Shown in pieces: positions 8,147 to 17,864 of a stretch of 64,000 bases of DNA; the first letter of the stretch is position 1; every line of letters begins with the position of its first letter. The notes beneath the pieces are model-generated. The model made no database searches, had not been told where the DNA came from, and saw only the letters and a program-made list of their open reading frames with translations. This stretch comes from a virus. Lineage: Duplodnaviria; Caudoviricetes. A program made the position numbers and the translations under genes. The DNA is taken from positions 96,001-160,000 of IMG/VR virus record IMGVR_UViG_3300028588_000015; one strand, given 5' to 3'.

Positions 8147-8545
8147 ATGAAAATCGAAATTGCAGACTGCATGAAAGTCGCCAAAGACTTGGTGGAAATG
8201 ATGAAAAAGATCGATGGGTGTGACCCGCGCGACACTTCGCAATTAAGTGTTCGCATTAACCCTATTATGCTGGAAGACAACAATGGCACGGAACGGCCGG
8301 GTATTCAGGTGCTTAATACCGAGAATAGCTCAACCGTAAGTTACATGGTCGTGGGCGGTCATCCGAGATGTTTTACGATCGAATACATGATGCTGACGCT
8401 GGCGGAACACGAGTCTGAAGAAGAAGATTTTCCAAGTAATTTCTTGGACCTCGACCGCGACGGCATGGCTTTGTTTAGTTTGCACGTATTTAATTTCCTA
8501 GGATTCGGTGTGAAACCCACCGTACCTGGCGGCGAAGGCGATTAA
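8147..8545 (+). CDS. Hypothetical protein
   Basis: 132-aa ORF with AAGAGGAAAGAAC-ATG leader. Confidence 0.8.
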   Translation: MKIEIADCMKVAKDLVEMMKKIDGCDPRDTSQLSVRINPIMLEDNNGTERPGIQVLNTENSSTVSYMVVGGHPRCFTIEYMMLTLAEHESEEEDFPSNFLDLDRDGMALFSLHVFNFLGFGVKPTVPGGEGD

Positions 8546-8619
8546 GAAAAAAGTACGAGAAGGGGGGCAATAATGTGATTGACCTCCCCATTGTTTTGTC
8601 TAACTGAAAGAGACTTATC

Positions 8620-8916
8620 ATGACTACCGCCTGTGCAGTTGCTCAAGAGTCGTATCGTATCAGGATGGACATCGGTATCAAAAGTGATAATGGCCATGTG
8701 CTCCTTCGTGCGAGGGAATATACGACCACGATCACGCCGCCGGTGCAGAAGTACACGACACATGCCGCAATCATGACGCGTTGTGAAAACCTCGCGCTGG
8801 CGGAATACGCCAAGCAATTTGAAACACAAATGGATGGCGACATGACCATCCAACGTCTGCTCCGTGGAAAAGATTGGAGCTTCTTCTACAAAGTCAATAC
8901 GTTTAAAAAGGAGTAA
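8620..8916 (+). CDS. Hypothetical protein
   Basis: 98-aa ORF in co-oriented run. Confidence 0.65.
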   Translation: MTTACAVAQESYRIRMDIGIKSDNGHVLLRAREYTTTITPPVQKYTTHAAIMTRCENLALAEYAKQFETQMDGDMTIQRLLRGKDWSFFYKVNTFKKE

Positions 8917-8920
8917 TACG

Positions 8921-9163
8921 GTGAAATCGAAAGAAATGATGATCAAGGATGCACGCATGTATTTGCGTTCGGCCAAAGCGGGGATTAGCGAGGATGGCGC
9001 TTCCCTTACGTTTATGGAAGCAATGGCGGCAGCTAAACAAGCCGAACAAGCCGCTGCCGAGCTTTATCGCTTGGCCGGGCGTATCGAAGTTGAAGCGGAC
9101 ATTAAACGAAAGAAGGCAATCGGCAGTGCCGCCGACGAATTGAAATACATCGTCGCGGCGTAA
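8921..9163 (+). CDS. Hypothetical helical protein
   Basis: GTG start after AAGGAG RBS. Confidence 0.65.
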   Translation: MKSKEMMIKDARMYLRSAKAGISEDGASLTFMEAMAAAKQAEQAAAELYRLAGRIEVEADIKRKKAIGSAADELKYIVAA

Positions 9164-9187
9164 ACAAATAAAAAGGAATAAGAAGAA

Positions 9188-9700
9188 ATGAGTACTCGTA
9201 AGAAAAAGGTTGAGGAGTTTAAGTACAAAGTCAAGACGACCCAAATTCCCGTGATGACACTTGAACAAAAGCAAGAAACGCTGGTACGCGAAGAACAAAG
9301 CAAACGCTTGCTTCGTATCCAGTGCTACATGGGGCTGGAGAAGATGCAACTCGGTATCGCCACACAGGCCGATTGGTATTTGATTCAGTTGCGTCTCAGC
9401 GTCGGTGACCGGATGGTGGATGTTTTGGAAAAGAACAACGTCGATCTGAGTACGGATGACATCCGCGATTTGAATACGGTTGCCGACGCCGGACTGAAAG
9501 CGTTATACGCGATCGGTGAGCGCATCAACGATAACTTGACGACGGAGTTCTATACCACGTTTGACGAGCGTGGAGATATCGAAGCCGCGCTGAACCTATC
9601 GGATGAACTTGAAGACCTCGTCACTGAGTTCTACGGCAGTGCGGTCTTCGCGCGTCTGTACTTGGACACCAAGAACCATTTGATCAGGATGCATCCATAG
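9188..9700 (+). CDS. Hypothetical protein
   Basis: 170-aa ORF, purine-rich leader, followed by terminator at 9703-9731. Confidence 0.8.
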   Translation: MSTRKKKVEEFKYKVKTTQIPVMTLEQKQETLVREEQSKRLLRIQCYMGLEKMQLGIATQADWYLIQLRLSVGDRMVDVLEKNNVDLSTDDIRDLNTVADAGLKALYAIGERINDNLTTEFYTTFDERGDIEAALNLSDELEDLVTEFYGSAVFARLYLDTKNHLIRMHP

Positions 9701-9781
9701 CGTAAGGGAGGCCCATGCCTCCTTTATGCCGTGTGGTGAAAGTTTATTGGGTCGAGATTATTATTGAGGAGGGCATCTAAG

Positions 9782-10336
9782 ATGACAATCGCTATTATCG
9801 GTACTGCGGGACGCGACAAGACCAAACCCATGAGGCTTCCCCTCTACATGTGGATGTTGGGGGATGTCTATCAACGGGTTCCGAAAGGGGCGCACGTGAA
9901 GTCAGGTGGTGCAGCATGGGCCGACCACCTATCGGTCTCACTTTTTTTGTTCGGCCACGCAGGTGAAATCACATTGCATTTGCCGGCGCCGTTCGTGAAC
10001 GGGCGTTTCGTGGACAGTGGGTTCAAAAGCGCAGGTAGCGCGGCCAATTACTATCATGGTCTCTTCAGTCAAATCATTGGCCGTGATACCTTGGGACAAA
10101 TTGCTCAAGTTATTGAAATGGGGCAAGTGCAGGGAAACCGGTTTGTCCACATTGAATGTGAACCTGCTTCACCCGGAATCGGCGGCATGTTTGCCCGCAA
10201 TAGCAAAGTCGCAGTCGCTGATGAAATGCTGGCCTACACCTTCGGCAAAGGCGACATCCCGGCCGATGGCGGCACACTCGATACATGGAACAAATGTAAC
10301 GGTAAGAAGACGCACATTTCTTTGCCGTATCTTTAG
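9782..10336 (+). CDS. SLOG-superfamily (YspA/DprA-like) nucleotide-binding protein
   Basis: IAIIGTAGR, SGGAAWAD, ARNSKV, GGTLDT motifs typical of SLOG Rossmannoid domains. Confidence 0.7.
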   Translation: MTIAIIGTAGRDKTKPMRLPLYMWMLGDVYQRVPKGAHVKSGGAAWADHLSVSLFLFGHAGEITLHLPAPFVNGRFVDSGFKSAGSAANYYHGLFSQIIGRDTLGQIAQVIEMGQVQGNRFVHIECEPASPGIGGMFARNSKVAVADEMLAYTFGKGDIPADGGTLDTWNKCNGKKTHISLPYL

Positions 10337-10360
10337 GAATAGAAAAGAAAGGATAAGAAC

Positions 10361-11197
10361 ATGTTTCAAGTGATCAAACTCAATGACGGGACCAAGGTCG
10401 AATATTACAAAGACAGTCGTCCTTTCGTCCGTGGTTTCGGTACGGTGATCAAATCAATTCTGGGCCTCAATCACGTGCTGCACTGGAAACAGATGAAGCG
10501 TAATGAAGGGTTCGAATTGATGAAGAAGTATCCGCCCTTCATGAAGTTCTTTACACCACCCCGGCTAATCTTGGAAAAACGTAAAGAACTACGCGATGGC
10601 GAGATAGTTCACCCGTACTACTACGTCGACGAAACAATCTTCGTGCCAGCTGGACCATGGCCGACCTGCCCGATCCACCTCTGGATGCCGCTGGATACTG
10701 ACGCGTGGGTGCGTCAGCGTGTCGACATCATCGTCGACCACTGGAAGGGCGCCGAAACGGCCACAAGCGCAGAAGAATGGGTCATAACGGTGCATCAACG
10801 TACCAAGGTAGAGAAAATCTCTCCATCTTTCGAATGGGCCAGCTTTGACATACTCACAGCACGGTCCCAAGGAAAGTCGATCTATCAAGATTCTGCAAGC
10901 CGTCGGCAGTACGATGGTTCGTCGATGGCATGGCTGCGCGAACTGTTCGAGGCATCGAAAGAAGTCCCGGATCAGGAACTGCCATCGTCGTACCCGAACG
11001 TGCGTGCCAAGTGGCGCAGTCTCGCCAGCCAAGTATCCCTCGCATGGCGGCTGATCACAAAGGGCCTCACGCGAACGACCGACCTGTTCGTACTCAACAT
11101 GATGAACTGGACGTCAAAACCCAAGATCAGTCTGTCAAGCGCACTGTGGCAGCACGAACGCATGCACCATGTGCTTAATTGTATCATGCCGTACTGA
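10361..11197 (+). CDS. Hypothetical protein
   Basis: 278-aa ORF with RBS. Confidence 0.75.
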   Translation: MFQVIKLNDGTKVEYYKDSRPFVRGFGTVIKSILGLNHVLHWKQMKRNEGFELMKKYPPFMKFFTPPRLILEKRKELRDGEIVHPYYYVDETIFVPAGPWPTCPIHLWMPLDTDAWVRQRVDIIVDHWKGAETATSAEEWVITVHQRTKVEKISPSFEWASFDILTARSQGKSIYQDSASRRQYDGSSMAWLRELFEASKEVPDQELPSSYPNVRAKWRSLASQVSLAWRLITKGLTRTTDLFVLNMMNWTSKPKISLSSALWQHERMHHVLNCIMPY

Positions 11198-11208
11198 AAG
11201 AGAAGACT

Positions 11209-11598
11209 ATGATCAAAGCAGCTATCGGCAATACCGCCATTCTTGGCTTGGAAGAGAAGAATATCGAGGCACTGCAACAAAATAAGCCCATGGTGGTCAA
11301 ACTCAAAGAAATTGGCTTGGCCGACATCGCAGTCGTCATTGCGTACATTGAAAGCGGGCGTGCACTAATGCCCCGGTTGCCGACTGGCGATGTTGCAGCC
11401 ATTGGGCTTGACACCAACGATATCGCAAAAATCAAGGCCGGTACGCCGGTCATGATCAAACTGAAAGACCTTGGTTTAGCCGACATTGTCGTCGGCATCA
11501 TCTACGGTACTACACAAGCGGATATCGTGGCGTACATGGAGAAAGAACTCGGTCTCAAAATGCCTGCAATCAATCCAATCGACAACAAACCCATCTAA
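11209..11598 (+). CDS. Hypothetical protein with internal two-fold repeat
   Basis: ILGLEEKNIEALQQNKPMVVKLKEIGLADIAV repeated as AIGLDTNDIAKIKAGTPVMIKLKDLGLADIVV. Confidence 0.75.
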   Translation: MIKAAIGNTAILGLEEKNIEALQQNKPMVVKLKEIGLADIAVVIAYIESGRALMPRLPTGDVAAIGLDTNDIAKIKAGTPVMIKLKDLGLADIVVGIIYGTTQADIVAYMEKELGLKMPAINPIDNKPI

Positions 11599-11613
11599 AC
11601 TAGAAAGAACAAC

Positions 11614-12441
11614 ATGTCCATTCTGAGCGACAAAACCATCCGTTCCCTGTGCGAGCACCCGATGGCGTACGTGATCTACTGCATCCAGGTGCCGGGCGCA
11701 GGTTTGAAAGAAGTAAAGGAGCCGGTCTATTTCCCGACCAACTGGGAAAGACTGAGCCACCGGGAATTGTTTGATCTCGCTTGGCCCGAAGGCCGCGCCA
11801 TCGCACAGAAGCGCGGCGCGGTGGGCACCGTTCAAGTGATGATGAGTGACTTCGCTACGCCCGTCATGGAAAACACCATGATCGAACCGTACGAGCCGCA
11901 GCAAGTGCGGGAACGGGATAAACCTATTCCCGATGGCAGCGACGGCGTCAAGCTCGTCATGGGGAGCGAGAAAATCGTCTCCTACGGTACCTCGTCCTAC
12001 GGCTACGACATCCGTTGCGGGCGCGAGTTTAAAGTATTCACGAATACGTATTCGGCTATCGTTGACCCCAAGAACTTCGATGAAAAGGCTTTCGTCGATG
12101 TAGTGGGCGACAAGTGCATTATCCCGCCGAATTCGTTCGCGCTGGCCCGTACGATGGAATACTTCCGTATCCCGCGCAACGTCCTGACCGTGTGTCTCGG
12201 CAAGTCGACCTATGCGCGCTGCGGTATCATCGTCAACGTGACGCCGTTCGAGCCGGAATGGGAAGGGTACGTGACGCTCGAGTTCTCCAACACCACGCCG
12301 CTGCCGGCCGTCATCTATGCCGGTGAAGGCTGCGCCCAAGTGCTGTTCTTCGAGGGCGACGAGCCGTGCGAAGTGTCGTACAAGGACCGCGGCGGTAAGT
12401 ACCAAGGCCAAGCGGCGCTGCCTGTGACGCCGAAGGTGTAA
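11614..12441 (+). CDS. dcd: dCTP deaminase with N-terminal insertion
   Basis: [81 protein letters not shown]. Confidence 0.95.
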   Translation: MSILSDKTIRSLCEHPMAYVIYCIQVPGAGLKEVKEPVYFPTNWERLSHRELFDLAWPEGRAIAQKRGAVGTVQVMMSDFATPVMENTMIEPYEPQQVRERDKPIPDGSDGVKLVMGSEKIVSYGTSSYGYDIRCGREFKVFTNTYSAIVDPKNFDEKAFVDVVGDKCIIPPNSFALARTMEYFRIPRNVLTVCLGKSTYARCGIIVNVTPFEPEWEGYVTLEFSNTTPLPAVIYAGEGCAQVLFFEGDEPCEVSYKDRGGKYQGQAALPVTPKV

Positions 12442-12508
12442 GGAATAAAAGGTGAGCTACTCTTGCTCACCTTTTCTAAATAACTGAAAGGAAAGAAGGA
12501 GTACTATC

Positions 12509-12997
12509 ATGGCAATTGAAATGAAATCTGAAATTTCGGTATCCCGACCAACTGGTCGGGATGAAGAACGTCGTCAAGAAGTCCCGCATCCGAAGAAGGT
12601 CGGCTATTGGTACAACAAAGACGACTGCCGCAACTTTCCGATGCCGAAGGCGCACCCGATTGGCTGGGAAGGTCAAGCCGAGTTTCTCGCCAAGCTCGAT
12701 GCAATCGAAAAGCCACTGATAGAACACTACGCGGCGGTAAACCGGTTCAACAACACACAGTTGGACAAGCCGCGCGATGAACGCGAACCTCGAAAAGAAC
12801 ACGACGGCACGGTTGAAGGCTATCGTGGATCGTCGACCTGCCGCTGCTGCGGCCACCCGTGGAATGGCAGCCATGAATACAACTTCCAAGGCTGGACTTG
12901 GCCGTCGGGGTACATGCACTACCTGCGCGATCATAACGTACTGCCGGACGAGGGTTTCAAGCAATTCGTACTCAATTATGTCGAGGAACATTCGTGA
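12509..12997 (+). CDS. Hypothetical phage protein (Cys/His motif)
   Basis: YRGSSTCRCCG...NGSHEY...WPSGYMHYLRDH. Confidence 0.8.
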   Translation: MAIEMKSEISVSRPTGRDEERRQEVPHPKKVGYWYNKDDCRNFPMPKAHPIGWEGQAEFLAKLDAIEKPLIEHYAAVNRFNNTQLDKPRDEREPRKEHDGTVEGYRGSSTCRCCGHPWNGSHEYNFQGWTWPSGYMHYLRDHNVLPDEGFKQFVLNYVEEHS

Positions 12998-13419
12998 AAA
13001 CCATCACCGACGACCAAAAGAAAACGGCGCGTGAGAAGTTGATCAAGGTCGTTTCTTCCGTGGTGCCGGAACTCACGCGAGTGGAAGCAAACCCGCAATT
13101 CGGGTACGGCGTGTTCTTGCTGTCCAATGCAGGCCACGCGCGCATTTATCGAGTGCAGCGTGGATTATCGAAAGCGCACAATGAAATCGCGCCGCCGCAA
13201 GAAGGTCGTTACGTGGCAGCGACTGTCACGCTGCTGAAGAAGAACGACCTCGTCCTCGCGTACGGCGAGTATCCGAAGGACGGGGGCGAAAGTGTGCACC
13301 TCGGCATGCTCAAGTATGACGATCACGAATACGATAAGATTCCCGACCATATCGTTGATTTCCTCGTGACCGGCAAAGTACCGATCGCCGACGATAACGC
13401 CCTACCCTTGACGTTGTAA
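12994..13419 (+). CDS. Hypothetical protein
   Basis: GTGA overlap with upstream stop; 141 aa. Confidence 0.7.
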   Translation: MKTITDDQKKTAREKLIKVVSSVVPELTRVEANPQFGYGVFLLSNAGHARIYRVQRGLSKAHNEIAPPQEGRYVAATVTLLKKNDLVLAYGEYPKDGGESVHLGMLKYDDHEYDKIPDHIVDFLVTGKVPIADDNALPLTL

Positions 13420-13441
13420 AACAGAAAAGAGGAGTCTGGTT

Positions 13442-13852
13442 TTGGAGAATGTTCCACAGTGGTTAATCCCAGTATTCAAGGGATTGCAAGAAAAAGCTTC
13501 ACTAGACCCGGCAGTAATTCGCCACGGTGTCTTTGATATAAAGACTCATAACCGCGTTATCAGTGAAGGCGTATTAACGGCTGACGATATCGTAATAGGT
13601 ATCAACCATGGTTTTGGTAAGTTTGCAGAAATGAGTTTCTACATCAATCGAGAACCGATGGGTAGTAACTATGGTGTAGTGTGTTTCAACATAGAAAAAG
13701 ATGGTGCTGATGTTTCTCTACTGGAAGGTAAATGCGATAGGGCGTTTGAAGAAGCACCTTCACGCACGGATGAAATCATCGATCACATTTGGGGTGTGTA
13801 CGTAGCCTGGCGTGGCGTCAACAAAATGCCGAGACTCAGCGTTGTAACTTAA
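13442..13852 (+). CDS. Hypothetical protein (paralog of 13869-14294)
   Basis: TTG start after GAGGAG; HGVFD...IGINHGFG shared motif. Confidence 0.65.
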   Translation: MENVPQWLIPVFKGLQEKASLDPAVIRHGVFDIKTHNRVISEGVLTADDIVIGINHGFGKFAEMSFYINREPMGSNYGVVCFNIEKDGADVSLLEGKCDRAFEEAPSRTDEIIDHIWGVYVAWRGVNKMPRLSVVT

Positions 13853-13868
13853 AAAAAGGAGAAATGAA

Positions 13869-14294
13869 ATGAACCAAATCGAGCAACTGATTCCCGAATA
13901 TTTCCTCCCCGTCGTGGTGAACTTGCGCGCAAGGGCCATGGTCGACAACAGTGGTCTCGGTTACGGTGTCATCGACGTGCTGTCGCCGCCAGAAGAGAAA
14001 GACAGCAAGTACCTCGAACTCGGTATCAGCCATGGGTTCGGCCATTACTCGGTCCACTCCGTTCTCATCGAGAAAAAACCGGAAGAAGAATACTTTTGCA
14101 CGTTGCGGTTCCGGGACGTGACCGCGTCGATCATCGACAACGATCAACACATCGTGGGCACCAAAATATTCGGTATCCCACTTTCGGCCGCCGGGGTCCC
14201 TTCCTTTGCGCTGCGCCATGAAGAAGTGGCCAATCACATCTGGGACTGGTTCAATACGAGAATTTTCCGTACCCATCTCGACGACGCGGCATAA
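13869..14294 (+). CDS. Hypothetical protein (paralog of 13442-13852)
   Basis: YGVID...LGISHGFG shared motif; AAGGAG RBS. Confidence 0.75.
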   Translation: MNQIEQLIPEYFLPVVVNLRARAMVDNSGLGYGVIDVLSPPEEKDSKYLELGISHGFGHYSVHSVLIEKKPEEEYFCTLRFRDVTASIIDNDQHIVGTKIFGIPLSAAGVPSFALRHEEVANHIWDWFNTRIFRTHLDDAA

Positions 14295-14352
14295 AACAAT
14301 AGGGCGGGGTGACTCGCCCTATTGTGCGCAATCTTAAACAAAGGAGAAAGAA

Positions 14353-14871
14353 ATGGTAGAGCACCCTAAGTGGCCAGCTTCGTGTGCGCGGCTGTATCAA
14401 AGCGTGCGCGAGGGCATGATTGAAGTCAGTTGTCGGCATAAAGAAAAAAGTGGCCTGACCTACCCGTCCTTTGACTTTGTCAACATCGGCAAAGATCGTG
14501 TTGTGTTCTCGATGACGTGCATGATCAAGTTCGTAAGGGATGCAACCGTCGAACAACAGAAGATGATGTTGCGCGGTCTTAACCACTACAACGAAAGGAT
14601 GGTGCCGCGCAAGGTCATGGTAAGTTTACCTGACCCGGGCATCTTACCGATACTGGGCCCGGCCAAGAATGTGGTCTGTATCACGTTTGAAAAAACAAAC
14701 GAATTGCCGGACCGTTTCGGTGTTCGCCCCACGCTGTCCTTCTTTTATGCCGATGACGGCGTTGAGAACAGCACACTGTGTTGGCCTTCATCCCAAGGTG
14801 GACCGCACATCACGGAATTTTTGACTCAGGGTACAATTAAGGGCAAAGACTTCTTACAACAACTGAAGTAA
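14353..14871 (+). CDS. Hypothetical protein
   Basis: 172-aa ORF, AAGGAG RBS. Confidence 0.75.
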   Translation: MVEHPKWPASCARLYQSVREGMIEVSCRHKEKSGLTYPSFDFVNIGKDRVVFSMTCMIKFVRDATVEQQKMMLRGLNHYNERMVPRKVMVSLPDPGILPILGPAKNVVCITFEKTNELPDRFGVRPTLSFFYADDGVENSTLCWPSSQGGPHITEFLTQGTIKGKDFLQQLK

Positions 14872-14901
14872 TCTAAACAACAAAGAAAGAAGGGAAAAGA
14901 A

Positions 14902-15462
14902 ATGAGTAGTTACTACGAATTGAGAGCCGACATACGGCTCAAGCCAGTCGAAGAAATCGGACTGGACATCCATGTGCTTTTGTTGCTATTGTTCAAAAGC
15001 CACGAAGCGCCGGAAGCTACGAATGTCAATGAGAAAGCATGCGAGTGGTTTCCCGACCATCCTTTCTGGAAACAGGAACGGTACATGAATATCGGGTACG
15101 CCGGAATCAGTAGTTTGTGGAACAACAACGATCGTCCGGATTACCAACACCCCCTACTGAAAGTAAGGTGTGAAATCAACTATGGGCGCCAAGAGATCCT
15201 GATGTTTCTCGACTGGTTGACGCCTTACGTTGATTCCATGGTGGAGCCCGGCGGTTACCACGATGAACACATGTACGACCGCTGCATCGAACGCACCGTC
15301 GTGACCTTTGAACCCGATCCCAGTGGCACGAAACGGTTCCTGTTCACAAAGCACAAGGTCGTTGATGGCGGTTGGGCGGGTCGAGAAACCAAGGAAGAGA
15401 AAGAGTGGATCGAAGACTATCGGTCGCCCAAACAAACACCTGACTACCGCCAGAAACGCTAG
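14902..15462 (+). CDS. Hypothetical protein
   Basis: 186-aa ORF, purine-rich leader. Confidence 0.75.
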   Translation: MSSYYELRADIRLKPVEEIGLDIHVLLLLLFKSHEAPEATNVNEKACEWFPDHPFWKQERYMNIGYAGISSLWNNNDRPDYQHPLLKVRCEINYGRQEILMFLDWLTPYVDSMVEPGGYHDEHMYDRCIERTVVTFEPDPSGTKRFLFTKHKVVDGGWAGRETKEEKEWIEDYRSPKQTPDYRQKR

Positions 15463-15507
15463 TCTTGAAAAAATACGATAGATGGTAATCAAATAAGGAG
15501 GAAGTTC

Positions 15508-15933
15508 ATGAGCACCCAAGATCAGAATCAAGAAGTCCAGTTTGACACGGAGAAAGTTAATGCGCTGCCGGTATGGAAAGCGGAAGACCAGCTCACATCC
15601 ATGGGCCTCGTCGCAGCATTCGCCAAAGAGTTCACGGCATCCGACGTTAGTGACGCCGAGCGACTCGCTGCGTTGGAAAGCATCGCCAAGACGGAACAAG
15701 CATTCGTCGATCAAGATACGCTCGTTGGGAAACTCGAGCTGGAGGTGTATTGTCAAGATCGCGCCGACCAGATGATCGCGCGTGAAGATGCACTTGCGCA
15801 GCTGGTGAGTGCTAAGAAAAGCCGGGCGTGGTTGAACATGCAAGGCCACGTACTCCAAGTGGTTATCGCGCTGGCCGATCTCGGTTACGGCGTGATCGAG
15901 TTGCCCAAGAAGGAATCCGGTAGCGATTCCTGA
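15508..15933 (+). CDS. Hypothetical protein
   Basis: 141-aa ORF, AAGGAGG RBS. Confidence 0.8.
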   Translation: MSTQDQNQEVQFDTEKVNALPVWKAEDQLTSMGLVAAFAKEFTASDVSDAERLAALESIAKTEQAFVDQDTLVGKLELEVYCQDRADQMIAREDALAQLVSAKKSRAWLNMQGHVLQVVIALADLGYGVIELPKKESGSDS

Positions 15934-15942
15934 TCAAAGAAG

Positions 15943-15960
15943 TTACGGTCACATATCACC
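15943..15960 (+). promoter_or_regulatory. Putative phage promoter motif copy
   Basis: TTACGGTCACATATCACC. Confidence 0.6.
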
Positions 15961-16133
15961 TGTTTGAGATGTAGCGCTCTTATTGCGATACAGTGCCCTT
16001 TGTGCACACACCCTATTTGGCGCACTGTCCCCGTGACGTGCGTTAAATCCCGAAGGCCCTTTGTCTTCGGTGTTAACCCAGGCTTACTCCGCACCGAGTC
16101 GGACGCAGTCATTACTCTCAATGAGGAACTACC

Positions 16134-17015
16134 ATGCAAGCTATCAAAACCATCGATCTCCCGTTCATGTCGATCACGCTCACGTTGGCACCGGCCAAAG
16201 TGCAGCATCTCGACGAACTACCGGATTACGTCCTCCCCTTCAAGGCGACCCGTGTGAATTCCGCCACCGAAGGAAGAACCGAAGATGAATTCGGTATCGC
16301 GTTGGACTTCAACGACATCGACAAAGAGGTGTTCAAGGACGACCTCATTAAGTCAAATGGATTACAAGAAGAAGCGCTGTCATACAGCAGCAGCGCTTTT
16401 CTCCTGACCCAAGAAGCACTCAAGTACACGCTCAACAGTGCAGAAGTCGATAAGGCAATTCGCAACGCAGTGCGACTCGATAAAGGTCGTGTACCTGTTC
16501 TGAAATTCACTTCGCTTCAGAGCACGGTTCGGCGCCGTGGTACCGGCCGCGCAGTCCATGCACAAACGCTCATGCAGCAGATGTGGGAAGTGGCACGCGA
16601 TAAAGCCATACGTACGGACTTCACCCATATTAACTTCAAGGACAACGACAACGGTGTGCTTGAACCCACCATCACGATGAGCCTCACCGGCGGCGTTGTG
16701 CTTGTTAGCCGCAGTGTAGCAAACGTCGCCCCGCTGGATAGCGCTAATCGCATCACTGGGTTAATGTCGGTGGGCGGTAGAGAACAAAACTTCTACATCA
16801 CTCGCCCGCGCAATCCCTCGGTCTTCTTGAACTACCTCGAAGGCTATGGCGCACTGCAAGATGCCTACCAATTCGCCAAGGATGAAATCGAGGGGACAGT
16901 GATTGGTAAAGTACTACATCTTCCTGACCAGCTGATGTTTATCGGTACGCCCGACGTTAAGTTGGAGCCGGTCGCGGAAAACAAAGAAGGAAGCGACGAA
17001 GAATCTGCTGAGTAA
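16134..17015 (+). CDS. Hypothetical protein (acidic C-terminal tail)
   Basis: 293-aa ORF, GAGGA RBS; long structured leader; terminator at 17027-17057. Confidence 0.8.
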   Translation: MQAIKTIDLPFMSITLTLAPAKVQHLDELPDYVLPFKATRVNSATEGRTEDEFGIALDFNDIDKEVFKDDLIKSNGLQEEALSYSSSAFLLTQEALKYTLNSAEVDKAIRNAVRLDKGRVPVLKFTSLQSTVRRRGTGRAVHAQTLMQQMWEVARDKAIRTDFTHINFKDNDNGVLEPTITMSLTGGVVLVSRSVANVAPLDSANRITGLMSVGGREQNFYITRPRNPSVFLNYLEGYGALQDAYQFAKDEIEGTVIGKVLHLPDQLMFIGTPDVKLEPVAENKEGSDEESAE

Positions 17016-17026
17016 TCTGTAGTAAT

Positions 17027-17057
17027 AAGAGCCGGGTTCGCTCGGCTCTTTATGCCC
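17027..17057 (+). terminator. Terminator with TTTATGCC tail
   Basis: AAGAGCCGGG-TTCG-CTCGGCTCTT then TATGCCC. Confidence 0.85.
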
Positions 17058-17093
17058 ATTTGCATTTATCAATTAAAAAGAAAGCGTTAAACC

Positions 17094-17864
17094 ATGAAAC
17101 TTACGTTGAAAACTTTGCCGCGTTTTGAGGAGGATAAATTCGATCGTAACGTCCGTATTTTCCGTTACGTACTCGAAGGCGCTACGCTTCGCGCTGCATC
17201 CAACGCCGCCGGCGCCGGTACTGCGGTCGGCGCGGCAGTGATCAAAAAGATGACGGAAGTCATCTCGCTCTATGGCAAACACATGCAGTATGCTCATCCG
17301 TATTCGATCGAGAAGTATCCCTACATGTGGCACCACACCCGTTTCGATAAGACCGATTCGCCGCAAATTTGTTTCGGCGACATTACCACGGCAGACTTGC
17401 GCGCTGAAAAAGCCTACTGGTTCGATATGCTGGAACGTTTCGTCAAATTCCAGAAGATGCCGCCCAATACGTCAGTTCTGAACGAGGGATCGTCAGCCGC
17501 GCTTCTGAATCTGTCGTTCTTTTCGTACCGGGCAATCGAAAAGATCTTCACCCGACGCAATAAGGACATGACGATCGTTCCGGAAAGCTTACATGTGACC
17601 GTGGGCCAAGTTGTCGATGTTATCCAGAAAGCTCCGCACTGGACACCGAAGACGGAAATTCAAACGGGCTTGAGTAAAGTGGTGCACGAAGACATCAAGC
17701 AAGAACTTAAGAAACGTGGCTTTGACATCGACGCCAAGCCCGGCACCTACAGCATGCGTGAACTGATGGCCAAAGCACTCGACTTGATCGAACACGCCCA
17801 CATGTACAACAACCATCAGCGCCGTACCATTATCCACCTGCTGCGCGAAGCCACCAAAGAGTAA
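17094..17864 (+). CDS. Putative HTH protein with degenerate RNAP alpha-CTD-like domain
   Basis: N-terminal RNVRIFRYVLEGATLRAAS HTH-like segment; LNLSFFSYRAIEK...VTVGQVVD...GLSKVVHEDIKQELKKRGFDI resembles alpha-CTD. Confidence 0.5.
   Translation: MKLTLKTLPRFEEDKFDRNVRIFRYVLEGATLRAASNAAGAGTAVGAAVIKKMTEVISLYGKHMQYAHPYSIEKYPYMWHHTRFDKTDSPQICFGDITTADLRAEKAYWFDMLERFVKFQKMPPNTSVLNEGSSAALLNLSFFSYRAIEKIFTRRNKDMTIVPESLHVTVGQVVDVIQKAPHWTPKTEIQTGLSKVVHEDIKQELKKRGFDIDAKPGTYSMRELMAKALDLIEHAHMYNNHQRRTIIHLLREATKE

Noticed and set aside
9140-9163. C-terminal IVAA resembling an ssrA/ClpXP degron
   Set aside because: Too short to distinguish from chance
11662-11877. Intein or intron in dcd
   Set aside because: No intein terminal residues or homing-endonuclease motifs; the frame is open throughout
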